Below are positions 10,522-20,687 of a stretch of 64,000 nucleotides of DNA, piece by piece. The notes under the pieces are model-generated. The model saw nothing but the letters and a program-made list of their open reading frames with translations, did not search any database and was not told the DNA's origin. Each line of letters starts with the position of its first letter. Within the stretch, counting starts at the first letter, position 1. The stretch spans positions 4,578 to 68,577 of the forward strand of contig CAZKJZ010000001.1 in assembly GCA_964553145.1 (NCBI GenBank), read 5' to 3'. The DNA is from an uncultured Frigidibacter sp. (GTDB lineage: Bacteria > Pseudomonadota > Alphaproteobacteria > Rhodobacterales > Rhodobacteraceae). A program made the position numbers and the translations under genes.

Positions 10522-10639
10522 TGCCGCGGCGCGGCCCCAAGCATATCGCAGGGTAACGGGCCTTTGGGGATGTCTGCGATGAAGGACTTCACCGGCATTT
10601 TCGAACACCAGAAGCCGACCGCCGCAGTGGAGCATAACT

Positions 10640-12403
10640 TTGTCTGATCTGCCCATCCAATTGCCGAAAGAAATTGTTCCGCCCGCCGAAGCAGGTGGGG
10701 CGAAGTTTCAAATTGTGCCGGCAAGTCGCCCTTGGCGCAAGGTTGGGGCCGCGGTTGCGATCCTTCTGATTTTGGCCACGTTGTATTCAATCCTGACCAA
10801 CCAGAATTGGGGCTGGGGGGTCATGGCGGAATATTTTTTCTCGCTGCCGATCCTTTGGGCCTTGGCAAGAACTCTTTGGCTGACAGCCCTATCGTCCGTC
10901 TTGGGCTTCTTGCTGGGCACGTTGCTCGCCTTTGCGCGGCTTTCCGATTCCTGGTTGCTGTCCCGGCTTTCTTGGGGTTATATCTGGCTTCTGCGTTCTA
11001 TTCCGCTGATTGTTCTTTTGTTGGTGCTGAACAATCTGGGATATCTTTATCCGACGATCACGTTGGGCATTCCCTTTACGAACATCGACTTTACCCAATA
11101 CAGAACCACCGATCTGATTGACATCTACGCCGTCGCTATTTTGGGTCTCAGCCTGAATCAGGCGGCATTTTCGTCCGAAATCATTCGGGGCGGTATTCTT
11201 TCCGTCGATCATGGCCAGCGCGAAGCAGCAGCAGCGCTGGGGCTATCGCAGCGGCGCGAGGCTTTGCACATCATTCTGCCGCAGGCCATGCGGGCCATTT
11301 TACCGCCCGCCTTCAATGAGGTCATCGGCCTCGCCAAGGCCACTTCAGTCCTGTATGTCCTGGCGCTGCCCGAGTTGTTCTACACCGTCCAGGTAATCTA
11401 TCGCCGAAATCTAGAGGTCATCCCTCTGCTGATGGTCGCCACAATTTGGTATCTGATCATCCTCACGATCTTGTCGCTGTTCCAGGTGCAAATTGAAAGG
11501 CACTTTGCCCGTGGCAGCACGCGAGAGGTGCCGAAGGCGAGGTTTCTGGGCCGGAAGGCCAAGGCCGAGGTCAAATCCAACGAGGATAGCCGCCCAATCC
11601 AAGCCGTGGCACGCGTGGTTCATAGGCCGTTCGAAAGCGCTGTATCGGGTGCGGTCTCGATCTCGGGCGTCTCGCGCAGGTTTGGCACCTATGTAGCGAT
11701 CGACAATGTGAGCCTGTCAGTGGCTCCTGGCGAGGTCGTCGCCATCATCGGCCCGTCTGGCGCTGGCAAATCCACCCTCTTGCGCATGATTAACCACCTT
11801 GAGCGCCCGGACGAGGGGCTGATCGAGATTGACGGGCAAGCCATCGGCTATCGCAAGCAGGGCCAGAAGCTGCACGAACTGGGCGAGGGCGAGGTTCGCA
11901 AGCGCCGCTCGGCCGTTGGCATGGTGTTTCAGAATTTCAATCTGTTTCCGCACCTTACGGCCTTGGCCAATATCACCGAAGCACCGGTCGCCGTGCAAAA
12001 GACCGACCGCAGGGCTGCCGAGGTGGCGGCGCTGGAGCTTCTCGACCGTGTTGGTCTGCGCGAAAAGGCCGCGGCCTATCCGCGCCAACTTTCCGGCGGG
12101 CAGCAACAGCGCGTCGCCATTGCCCGCGCCCTGGCCCTAAAACCCAAGGTCTTGCTGTTTGACGAGCCGACGTCGGCCCTTGATCCCGAACTTGTGGGCG
12201 AAGTGCTGGACGTGATGCGGGAATTGGCATCGTCGGGCACGACCATGGTCGTGGTCACCCATGAGATCGGCTTTGCCCGCGAGGTCGCCAGCAAAGTCGT
12301 GTTCATGGAGGCGGGCCGCATCCTGGAAGTCGGATCGCCGGAGCAGGTCTTCAAATCTCCCACTCATCTGCGAACCGCAGAGTTCCTGGCCAAGGTTTTG
12401 TGA
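10640..12403 (+). CDS. Fused polar amino-acid ABC permease/ATPase
   Basis: N-terminal TM domain with EAA loop ([10 protein letters not shown]). C-terminal [27 protein letters not shown]. Confidence 0.93.
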   Translation: MSDLPIQLPKEIVPPAEAGGAKFQIVPASRPWRKVGAAVAILLILATLYSILTNQNWGWGVMAEYFFSLPILWALARTLWLTALSSVLGFLLGTLLAFARLSDSWLLSRLSWGYIWLLRSIPLIVLLLVLNNLGYLYPTITLGIPFTNIDFTQYRTTDLIDIYAVAILGLSLNQAAFSSEIIRGGILSVDHGQREAAAALGLSQRREALHIILPQAMRAILPPAFNEVIGLAKATSVLYVLALPELFYTVQVIYRRNLEVIPLLMVATIWYLIILTILSLFQVQIERHFARGSTREVPKARFLGRKAKAEVKSNEDSRPIQAVARVVHRPFESAVSGAVSISGVSRRFGTYVAIDNVSLSVAPGEVVAIIGPSGAGKSTLLRMINHLERPDEGLIEIDGQAIGYRKQGQKLHELGEGEVRKRRSAVGMVFQNFNLFPHLTALANITEAPVAVQKTDRRAAEVAALELLDRVGLREKAAAYPRQLSGGQQQRVAIARALALKPKVLLFDEPTSALDPELVGEVLDVMRELASSGTTMVVVTHEIGFAREVASKVVFMEAGRILEVGSPEQVFKSPTHLRTAEFLAKVL

Positions 12404-12459
12404 TCGGCCAGGTCCAAGGAAGAAGAAACCAACAATCCAAACCCAACAGGAGGACGACA

Positions 12460-13398
12460 ATGTTTTCACTTACCAAGTCCCTGACTGTCTGTGCCGTGGC
12501 CGCAAGTATCATGTTCGCCGGCGGCTCGGCGGTGTTTTCCCAAACGGTCTTTGACACCAGTCCTGAACAGGCCGAACGGATTCATACAACGGCGGGTGAA
12601 TCGGCCAAATTGCTGGCCAATGTCAAATTGCTGGAGCCCGGCACATTGACCATGGCGATGTCGCCCTACCTGCCGCCGACTGGGTTTTACGCGACGGACT
12701 CGGCCACCGTCATCGGGGCTAACGCCGATCTTGCCTCGCTGATTGCCGAAAAGCTGGGGTTGAAGCTGAAGATTGTCGTTGTGGCCTGGCCCGATTGGTC
12801 GCTTGCGCTTTCCTCGGGCAAGTTCGACTCGTTCATCTCGGATTTGACGATCACCGAGGAGCGCAAGCAGAAATTTGACTTTTCGACCTATGCCCAGGAT
12901 GTCAGCGGGTTCTTCGTCGATGCCAAAAGCCCGATCAAGCAAGTGAAGGAGCCCAAGGACATTGCGGGCCTGCGCGTTGTTGTGGACTCTGGCACGCCAG
13001 GCGAAAAAGTTCTGCTGGGTTGGGACAAGCAGAATGTGGCCGCAGGGCTTAGGCCGGCCGAATTCGTATATTTTGACGATCCCGCGACCGCCCAATTGGC
13101 GCTGACTTCGGGCAAGGTCGATGTCTTGTTCGTGACCTACAGCCAAGGCGCCTATGACGTGGCGGTGAATGGCACGACCAAGCTAGCGGGTATTATCAGC
13201 GGCAATGGGCAGGATCAAAAGGCGCTGGATGGCGTCGCGGTCTACAAGGGTTCGGGCCTGGCCGATGCGATGACCGCAGCGGTCAATGAATTGGTCACCG
13301 ACGGCACCTATCTTGCGACGCTGAAGCGGTGGCACATTGAGGGCGAGGCACTGGACGCCCCGGCCGTCACGAACCCGCCGGGCCTTGTCTTTAACTAA
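12460..13398 (+). CDS. ABC substrate-binding protein, family 3 (polar amino acid)
   Basis: Signal peptide, ALSSGKFD, ITEERKQKFDFSTY, DGTY...LKRW. Confidence 0.9.
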   Translation: MFSLTKSLTVCAVAASIMFAGGSAVFSQTVFDTSPEQAERIHTTAGESAKLLANVKLLEPGTLTMAMSPYLPPTGFYATDSATVIGANADLASLIAEKLGLKLKIVVVAWPDWSLALSSGKFDSFISDLTITEERKQKFDFSTYAQDVSGFFVDAKSPIKQVKEPKDIAGLRVVVDSGTPGEKVLLGWDKQNVAAGLRPAEFVYFDDPATAQLALTSGKVDVLFVTYSQGAYDVAVNGTTKLAGIISGNGQDQKALDGVAVYKGSGLADAMTAAVNELVTDGTYLATLKRWHIEGEALDAPAVTNPPGLVFN

Positions 13399-13409
13399 TG
13401 AACGCCACG

Positions 13410-13438
13410 GTGCCGCACCCTTAACGGGATGCGGCACT
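13410..13438 (+). other. Intra-operon stem-loop
   Basis: GTGCCGCA-CCC..GGG-A-TGCGGCAC just after the binding-protein stop, with no U tract. Confidence 0.4.
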
Positions 13439-13468
13439 AATGGACCGAACCTCAGATTGAAAACAGCT

Positions 13469-14713
13469 ATGACCATCGCAACTGGACGCTCCTATCTTGC
13501 CATTCCGGGGCCGACCGTCATCCCGGATCGGGTGTTGACCGCAATGCACCGAGCATCGCCCAATATCTACGAAGGCGAAATCGTCACCCTAGTGGATGGA
13601 ATCTACCGCGACCTTCGCAGGCTGGTTGGCACCAGGCACAATGCTGTCGTCTACATCGCCAATGGGCACGGGGCGTGGGAGGCGGCGAGTTCCAACATCC
13701 TCTCGCGCGGGCAAAAAGTGCTGTTGGCCGCGACCGGACAGTTCAGCTTGCTTTGGGCCGATGCGACCCGACGCCTTGGGATCGAGGTCGAGGTGCTGGA
13801 CTTTGGCAAAAGTTCAGCGCTGTCACCCGACCCTATCGCAGCTGCGCTGAAAGCGGATGTCCATGGAAAGATTGCTGCCGTCTATGTGACGCATGTTGAC
13901 ACCGCGTCGTCTGCCAAAAGCAACTTGGCCGCCGTTAGGGCCGCCATCGATCAAGTGGGGCACCGCGCATTGCTGGTGGTGGACGGGGTCGCCTCGATCG
14001 GCTCTGACGAATTGCGCATGGATAATTGGGGCATCGATGTCTTGATCGGGGCCAGTCAGAAAGGCTTGATGCTGCCGCCCGGACTTGGTCTGGTTTGGTT
14101 TTCGCAAAAGGCCAAGGACACCTCGCGCAGCGCCGATCTTGTGACGCCCTATTGGGATTGGAAACCCAGGACCGGCGGTGCCTTTTATTCGATGTTTGGT
14201 GGCACGCCGCCGACGCAGCATCTGTTCGGGCTGCGCGAGTCCTTGTCGATGATCCTGGACGAAGAGGGTTTGGATGCCGTTTGGCACCGCCACGCCGTTC
14301 TGTCTCGTGCAGTTTGGGCTGCGCTTGACTGTTGGGGTAAGGTTGGAGGGATCGGCCTGAATATGGCCAACCCGCACGAAAGGTCGCATGCCGTGACAGC
14401 CGCTCGCATCGCAAATGGCGGCGCGAAAGCCCTGCGCGCGTGGCTGGAATTTGAGGCCGGAGTGACACTTGGGATCGGGCTTGGCATGGCACCGCAAGGC
14501 GATCCGGCAGGCGATGATTACCTGCGCGTGGCCAATATGGGCCATGTTAATGCCCATATGACCTTGGGTGTCATCGCCAGCATGGCGGCGGGGATGAAGG
14601 CACTGGGTATTCCGCATGGGCCGGGGGCGCTGGATGCCGCCGCCGACGTGATTGCGCAAGGCCAGACCGCGATGCGGGGCAGCGGGCTCGACCTAAAACG
14701 CGCGGCCGGGTGA
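13469..14713 (+). CDS. Class V aminotransferase, serine/alanine-glyoxylate type
   Basis: LAIPGPT, NGHGAWEA, HVDT, VDGVAS, ASQKGLMLPPG, GTPP. Confidence 0.92.
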   Translation: MTIATGRSYLAIPGPTVIPDRVLTAMHRASPNIYEGEIVTLVDGIYRDLRRLVGTRHNAVVYIANGHGAWEAASSNILSRGQKVLLAATGQFSLLWADATRRLGIEVEVLDFGKSSALSPDPIAAALKADVHGKIAAVYVTHVDTASSAKSNLAAVRAAIDQVGHRALLVVDGVASIGSDELRMDNWGIDVLIGASQKGLMLPPGLGLVWFSQKAKDTSRSADLVTPYWDWKPRTGGAFYSMFGGTPPTQHLFGLRESLSMILDEEGLDAVWHRHAVLSRAVWAALDCWGKVGGIGLNMANPHERSHAVTAARIANGGAKALRAWLEFEAGVTLGIGLGMAPQGDPAGDDYLRVANMGHVNAHMTLGVIASMAAGMKALGIPHGPGALDAAADVIAQGQTAMRGSGLDLKRAAG

Positions 14714-14773
14714 AATGATCAACAGAAAAGCCACCGGCAGTGCCAAATTGTCCGGAACCCAATGGAGGCAAAG

Positions 14774-15604
14774 ATGAGCGAAACAACAGCGGGCAAGGCA
14801 TCCGCAAGTGCTGGCGACCCACGCCGCATGAATGCTTTGAAAGACCTGGACTTGCCGCGCTATGTGCTGCTGCCTGGCGATCCCGACCGCGTCGATCTGA
14901 TGGCAGGCCAATGGGACGACGCCAAGGTGATCGGCCTGCCGCGTGGCTACCGCGCCGCATCCGGGACTTACAAGGGGGTCCGCATCGGGGCGGTCTCGAC
15001 CTTGGTCGGTGCCCCGTCACTGGAACTGATCCTGACCGACTTGGTAAAGCTTGGGATCGACACGTTCATCCGCGTCGGCACCTGTGGCACCCTGCGCGAG
15101 GAGATCGCCCCCGGTTCCTTGATCGTCAACGATTCCGCCGTGCGTCTGGACGGAACAAGCCACCTTTACGTGCGCCCTGAATTTCCCGCCGTCGCGGCCC
15201 ATGAGGTAACTTTCGCGCTGGTGGACGCCATTGTCGCCACTGGGCGGGCCTACCGCCTCGGCACCGCCGCAACAACGGGTTCCTTCGTGGCGGGTCAGGG
15301 GCGCGCGGGATTTGGCGATTATCTTTCGCCCGAAGGCGAGCGTATCTTCGAGGAGATGCAGCGCGCGGGCGTCTTGAACTTCGAAATGGAAACCGCGGCT
15401 CTTCTGACCATAGCGCGCCTTTATGGATTGCGCGCCGGAGCCGTCTGTTCTGTCATCGCCAATCGCATCACCGGGGTCTGGGATGAAAGCGGCGGCATCG
15501 CCAGGGCCTGTCTGATCGCCGCCGAAGCGATCAAGCGGCTGACGGAATGGGATGCCAAGGCCCGCAGCGCGGGGCACGGCCATATCGCCGCCGCCGATCT
15601 TTGA
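14774..15604 (+). CDS. Nucleoside phosphorylase, uridine phosphorylase-like
   Basis: VLLPGDPDRV, GAPS, IRVGTCG, RLDGTS..Y, GQGR, NFEME. Confidence 0.9.
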   Translation: MSETTAGKASASAGDPRRMNALKDLDLPRYVLLPGDPDRVDLMAGQWDDAKVIGLPRGYRAASGTYKGVRIGAVSTLVGAPSLELILTDLVKLGIDTFIRVGTCGTLREEIAPGSLIVNDSAVRLDGTSHLYVRPEFPAVAAHEVTFALVDAIVATGRAYRLGTAATTGSFVAGQGRAGFGDYLSPEGERIFEEMQRAGVLNFEMETAALLTIARLYGLRAGAVCSVIANRITGVWDESGGIARACLIAAEAIKRLTEWDAKARSAGHGHIAAADL

Positions 15605-15666
15605 TGCGACGTTGTCCAGGTTTGACCTAGGGCAACCGATTTCCCGACAAACCGAAAGAAGCCGCA

Positions 15667-16695
15667 ATGGACACCCATGCGAATGTGCCGACACTGATTG
15701 CCAAAAGCGTCCTGCTGGAGGACGACGCCGTCCGAATCCTGGACCGGCGCGTCTTCCCCTTCAAAACCGAATTCGTGACCTGCCGCAATGTCGAACAGGT
15801 TGCGGTTGCGATTGAAGACATGGTCACGCAAAGCAGCGGCCCGTTCTTTGCAGCCAGCGCCGGGTTTGTATTGGCCGCCAGGCAGGCCACCAAACTGCGG
15901 GTTACCGAGGAACGCCGACAGCTTCTGGCGCAAGCCGCCGCAAGGTTGGTCAGCACAAGGCCCACAAACAACAACATCCGGGACGTGATCGCCATTTTGC
16001 TGGTCGAGGCGGAAAAGCGCATCGAAGAGGCGAACCTAGGCGCACGCGTCGAAGAGTTGGTCCGGCAGGCCTGGGCGCGACAGCGCGAGAACAATGAACG
16101 GCTGGGTGAAAACGCGGGCGAGCTGGTCGATGACGGCGACACGATATTGACCCATTGCTGGGGGGAATCGAGCTTGATCGAGACTCTTCGCTCGGTGCAA
16201 TCAACAGGCAAAACGGTAAAAGTCATCTGCACGGAAACACGCCCCTATCTTCAGGGTGCCAGGCTGACGGCTCATAGCGTCGCCGAAATGGGCATTGATG
16301 TCACCGTCATCACCGACGGAATGGCAGCCCATGCCATGGACCGGCGACTGGTCAACAAGCTGATGACGGCGGCCGATCGCGTCACACTATCGGGGCATGT
16401 CATAAACAAGGTGGGAACGCTGCAATTGGCAATCGCCGCGCATCATTTCGGTATCCCCTTTGTGGCGATGGTGCGCTTTCCCGATTCCAAGGCCGCGACA
16501 CCGGACAACGTGGGAATGGAAGAACGCGACGGCGCGGAATCCTTGCATTGCATGGGCACCAGAACGGCATCGCAACTGGCCACGGGCTGGTATCCGGCGT
16601 TTGACGTATCCCCTCCGCATCTGGTTTCCGCCATCGCCACATCCGTTGGCGTCTTTGCCCCCTTGCAAATCAAACAAAGGTTTGCCGCGCCATGA
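15667..16695 (+). CDS. mtnA: Methylthioribose-1-phosphate isomerase-like (divergent)
   Basis: ILDRR.FP, TRPT, LTHC, ETRPYLQGARLT, ADR, NKVGT, PAFDV. Confidence 0.85.
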   Translation: MDTHANVPTLIAKSVLLEDDAVRILDRRVFPFKTEFVTCRNVEQVAVAIEDMVTQSSGPFFAASAGFVLAARQATKLRVTEERRQLLAQAAARLVSTRPTNNNIRDVIAILLVEAEKRIEEANLGARVEELVRQAWARQRENNERLGENAGELVDDGDTILTHCWGESSLIETLRSVQSTGKTVKVICTETRPYLQGARLTAHSVAEMGIDVTVITDGMAAHAMDRRLVNKLMTAADRVTLSGHVINKVGTLQLAIAAHHFGIPFVAMVRFPDSKAATPDNVGMEERDGAESLHCMGTRTASQLATGWYPAFDVSPPHLVSAIATSVGVFAPLQIKQRFAAP

Positions 16696-18179
16696 CCCCG
16701 GACAAGCGCATCTGCATCAGCGGCGGTCATATCTGGCCTGGCAACAACTCTGCCCTGCGCGAGGGCGGCGTTCTGATCACAGGCAACAGGGTCAGCGCGA
16801 TCCTAACGCCGGGCGAAGCGCAGCAGGTTGCCCTGGCCGCTGATGAGGTGATCGATGCCAAAGGCATGTTGATCATGCCGCCGCTGATCAGCGCCCATGT
16901 CCATTCCACATCGACCCTGCTGCGGGGAACCGAGAATGCCTTTCCGCTGGAGCTTTGGTCCTACTATGCGATCAACTACGGGCTTGGCTTTGCCGAAGAT
17001 GCCATCCGCAGCGCCGTGCTTTTGACCAGCGCCGAGATGATCCGAAATGGCATCGGCGGATATGTCGATCATTTTCCCCAGACCCGCTTTGCCGCCACCG
17101 GCCTGCACGCGCATCGGGAGTCCGGTCTGCGCATCGGCTTTGCGCCCTTCTTCGCCGATTTGCGGGATGAGGACATTATGAACCTTCCGCTTGACCGGCA
17201 GGTGCTTCAACACATCGCTCCCCTATCCCCCCGCGGCGGCGCTGAAAGTCGCGCGACCTATGCAGAGCTGGATAGGCAGATAAGATGGGCGGGCGACCAG
17301 CGCATCACCTTGCTTGCCGGACCGAATTCCCCGCAGCGCTGTTCCGATGAGCTTTGGCAACTGTGGCGCGACTTGCAGGAGGGCCTTGGCATCGGAAGCC
17401 ACACGCATCTTCTTGAAACCTTTCCTCAGGCCGGTGCCGCGCGCCAGCGATGGCCAAAGGGCGTCGTCCAGGCGATGGATGACGCGGATCTGCTCCATGA
17501 AAGACTGTCTGTCGCTCACGGCATCTGGCTGGACGACAAGGAACGGGAATTGCTCGCAAGGCGCGGCGTCACCCTGTCGTTCAACCCGATCAGCAACGGC
17601 ATGTTGGGCTCTGGCCGGAAATCCGTCCGGACCGAATTGGACGCCGGCATAAACGTGGCGCTTGGCACCGATTGTTCGAACACCGGGGGACGGCACGATC
17701 TGTTTGAGGTCATGCGGCACATGCTGATCTCGGGCCGCGATCCCGGCACCGACTTTGACCGGTGGGTCACCCCTGCTGAGGCGCTGTCGGCCGCGACCGC
17801 AAGCGGGGCGGCTGCGCTGGGATCGCCCCAGGCAAAGGGGCGACTAGAGGCTGGAAATGCAGCCGACATCCTGGTCCTTTGCCTTGATAGCGCGGGTCTG
17901 GCCGCCTCGCCCAAGGATCTAAACTCGGTAGTGGTCCATGCCGATCCCCGGAATGTCCACGCGCTGATGGTTGATGGAAAATGGCTGCTACGGGACAACG
18001 TGATCAAGGCTTTTGACGAGGCCGCAGTCATAGAAAACGCCTCGCGCCACGCCGCCGACCTCAGGGCCATTGCCGTCGAAAACACGAGCAGGATCAAGGG
18101 TCTGCACCAAGCCTATCAGGCGTGGCAACAAGGGGTCTTTCTTCCCCATGCCTGCCCGTCGTGTGGGGGTAGTTCCTGA
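16692..18179 (+). CDS. Metal-dependent amidohydrolase (TRZ/ATZ / nucleoside deaminase type)
   Basis: SAHVH, HTHLLE, AHGIW, NPISN..LGSG, ALGTD, G.LEAG.AAD. Confidence 0.88.
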   Translation: MTPDKRICISGGHIWPGNNSALREGGVLITGNRVSAILTPGEAQQVALAADEVIDAKGMLIMPPLISAHVHSTSTLLRGTENAFPLELWSYYAINYGLGFAEDAIRSAVLLTSAEMIRNGIGGYVDHFPQTRFAATGLHAHRESGLRIGFAPFFADLRDEDIMNLPLDRQVLQHIAPLSPRGGAESRATYAELDRQIRWAGDQRITLLAGPNSPQRCSDELWQLWRDLQEGLGIGSHTHLLETFPQAGAARQRWPKGVVQAMDDADLLHERLSVAHGIWLDDKERELLARRGVTLSFNPISNGMLGSGRKSVRTELDAGINVALGTDCSNTGGRHDLFEVMRHMLISGRDPGTDFDRWVTPAEALSAATASGAAALGSPQAKGRLEAGNAADILVLCLDSAGLAASPKDLNSVVVHADPRNVHALMVDGKWLLRDNVIKAFDEAAVIENASRHAADLRAIAVENTSRIKGLHQAYQAWQQGVFLPHACPSCGGSS

Positions 18180-18237
18180 AACCCTACTCCCCCAAGCAAT
18201 CGCTTTCGCCCCATTCCGCTAATCACAAGGCAAGCCC

Positions 18238-18870
18238 ATGGCACCCGAGCAGCAAAAGCGCTCCGAACTGGTCCAAACATACCGAGACTTGAATACCCTG
18301 GGCCTGATATTCTTGGCCGCAGGCAACATCAGCATCCGGCACGATGACGGAATGCTGATTTCCGCTGCCGGGGCCTCTGCCGACACGATGACCAATGACG
18401 CCTTTATCACCACCGGCTTTGACGGCAGTTGCAGCACCGGCCTGCGACCCTCGAGCGAATGGTCCATGCACGCGGCAATCTACCAGGCGTTTCCGCAGGC
18501 CGAGGCTGTCGTCCACACCCATTCCGACCATTGCGTCGCTCTGGCCTGCACCAACCTTCCCCTGCCGCCCTTTCACTACATGATTGCTGCGTTCGGCGGC
18601 GGGGACGTGCGCTGCACGACCTATGAAACCTATGGCTCACCGGAACTGGGCGCATCGGCCGTCAGGGCACTGCAAGGCCGGACCGCTTGCCTGTTGGGGA
18701 ACCACGGCATGATCTGCCATGGCACCACCCTGAAAAAGGCGTTCAACGCGGCCCTGCGGCTAGAGATTCTGTGCCGCCAATATGTCTATGCGCGCCAGGC
18801 TGGGGCCGTGAAGATGCTTGAGGCGGACGATATTGCCGTCGCTGTCGAGCGGTACAAGTATTACGGATAG
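18238..18870 (+). CDS. Class II aldolase (FucA/Ald2-like)
   Basis: GNIS.R, PSSEW.MH, VVHTHS, FHYM, YGS.EL, LLGNHG. Confidence 0.93.
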   Translation: MAPEQQKRSELVQTYRDLNTLGLIFLAAGNISIRHDDGMLISAAGASADTMTNDAFITTGFDGSCSTGLRPSSEWSMHAAIYQAFPQAEAVVHTHSDHCVALACTNLPLPPFHYMIAAFGGGDVRCTTYETYGSPELGASAVRALQGRTACLLGNHGMICHGTTLKKAFNAALRLEILCRQYVYARQAGAVKMLEADDIAVAVERYKYYG

Positions 18871-18924
18871 ATGCGTGGCATCGCGATCGGCGTGCCCCAA
18901 TTCGCAGGGGCACCCAACTGCGGA

Positions 18925-19635
18925 TCACATAATGGTGCCACCACCATCGACAGTCGTGGTCGATCCAGTCATGAAACCATTTAAGGCCACAAAAACAATT
19001 GCCCGCGCGATTTCTTCAGCACGACCAACACGCCGAACCGGCAACATTGTGGACAGTTTGCTGTACATCGCAGCGCGAGCCTCGGCAGTCATACGGTTGT
19101 GAAGTGGGGTATCGATGATGCCGGGCGAAACGGAGTTAACCCGGACCGGGGCTCGCTCAAGAGCCAAACCTCTTGCCAGCGCCTCTAGGGCCGCATTGAT
19201 CGACCCATGCAATACCGAGTTCGGTGACGGGCGCTTCGAAAGCACCCCGGATACAAAGGTAATTGACCCGCCATCGTTGACACGTGCCGCTCTTGCCACA
19301 CGGTAAGCGCCCCAAAACTTGCTTTCCATTGCGGCCTTTGCGTCTTCCAAAGATAACCCAGTCACCGATCCAGCTATCGTACTGGCGGCAGCGACTATGA
19401 CATGATCGAATGGATCGTTATTCTTAAAGAACGCTTCAACCACGCCATTGTCGAGGAAGTCCAGTTCAGCAGGTTTTACGTTGGGACTTGTGGCCAGTTG
19501 TTCCACTGACTTCAGGGTTCGACCCGCTGCGATGACCATGGCATTGGCCGAAGCAAATGCTCCAACAGTTGCTTTGCCTATGCCACCTGCCGCACCAACA
19601 ACCAACACGCGTTTGCCTTCAAAACTAATTGTCAT
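18925..19635 (-). CDS. Short-chain dehydrogenase/reductase
   Basis: VGAAGGIG, SKFWG, RVNSVSPG.IDTP, TG....VDGG. Confidence 0.9.
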   Translation of the reverse strand: MTISFEGKRVLVVGAAGGIGKATVGAFASANAMVIAAGRTLKSVEQLATSPNVKPAELDFLDNGVVEAFFKNNDPFDHVIVAAASTIAGSVTGLSLEDAKAAMESKFWGAYRVARAARVNDGGSITFVSGVLSKRPSPNSVLHGSINAALEALARGLALERAPVRVNSVSPGIIDTPLHNRMTAEARAAMYSKLSTMLPVRRVGRAEEIARAIVFVALNGFMTGSTTTVDGGGTIM

Positions 19636-19804
19636 CTTCTGTCTCCCCTACGCCCGCACTCAACCGGCTATTACGCTGAACTGGCACTGCCAACTACCGG
19701 AATTGCCAGCATATATTCCTAGACCAATATCAATCACGCCTAGGGTCAGGACCCATTGAACTTGCTCTTGCGTCGTGATTCAGGCTCCGCAAGGAGACCG
19801 ATCA

Positions 19805-20573
19805 ATGAGCAACCTTTTCTGGCTGACGGACGTGCAGATGGCACGTCTCCAACCCTTCTTCGCGAAGAGCCATGGCAAGCCCCGCGTCGATGACCGGCGC
19901 GTGCTGAGCGGGATTATCTTCATCAATCGCAATGGGCTGCGGTGGTGTGACGCGCCCCGGGAGTATGGTCCGCCAAAGGCCCTCTACAACCGATGGAAGC
20001 GGTGGGGGGAAATGGGGGTCTTCGCCCGGATCATGGAGGGGCTGGCCTCCGAAGCAGCCGTTCCGAAGACGGTGATGATCGACGCGACCTATCTGAAAGC
20101 GCACCGCACGGCGAGCAGCCTGCGGTCGAAAAAGGGGGGTCCGAAGACCAGCGCGGCCGTCTGATCGGTCGAACCAAGGGCGGCATGAACACCAAGCTGC
20201 ATGCCGTCACTGACGCGGAAGGTCGTCCGATCCGGTTCTACATGACCGCAGGCCAGGTCAGCGACTACACTGGAGCGGCTGCCCTGCTGGGCTGTTTGCC
20301 GAAGGCGGAATGGCTGCTGGCCGATCGGGGTTATGACGCCGTCTGGTTCAGAGACGCATTAAAAGACAAGGGATAAAGCCCTGCATTCCGGGCCGGAAGT
20401 CGCGTGGCAAGACCATCAAATACGACAGACGTCGCTACAAACGCCGCAACAGGATCGAGATCATGTTCGGGCGGCTGAAGGACTGGCGTCGCGTTGCCAC
20501 ACGCTACGATCGATGCCCGAAAGTCTTCCTCTCCGCCGTCGCACTCGCTGCAACCGTCATGTTCTGGCTATGA
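19805..20573 (+). pseudogene. IS5 two-ORF transposase with an additional frameshift
   Basis: Slippery A/G run at ~20129-20139. IDAT, GG.NTKLHA, LADRGYD. Premature TAA at 20374-20376; the RNRIE.MFGRLKDWRRVATRYD tail is in another frame. Confidence 0.88.
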
Positions 20574-20687
20574 AACGAGAACGAGATGCCGTAACGGGGC
20601 CTGCGTCGCGCACTGCCCGTTACCGCTTGCAAGATCAGGGACAAGCTGTCGCCGTTCCCGTATCGGATCCAGAAGGAGGTTTACGGG

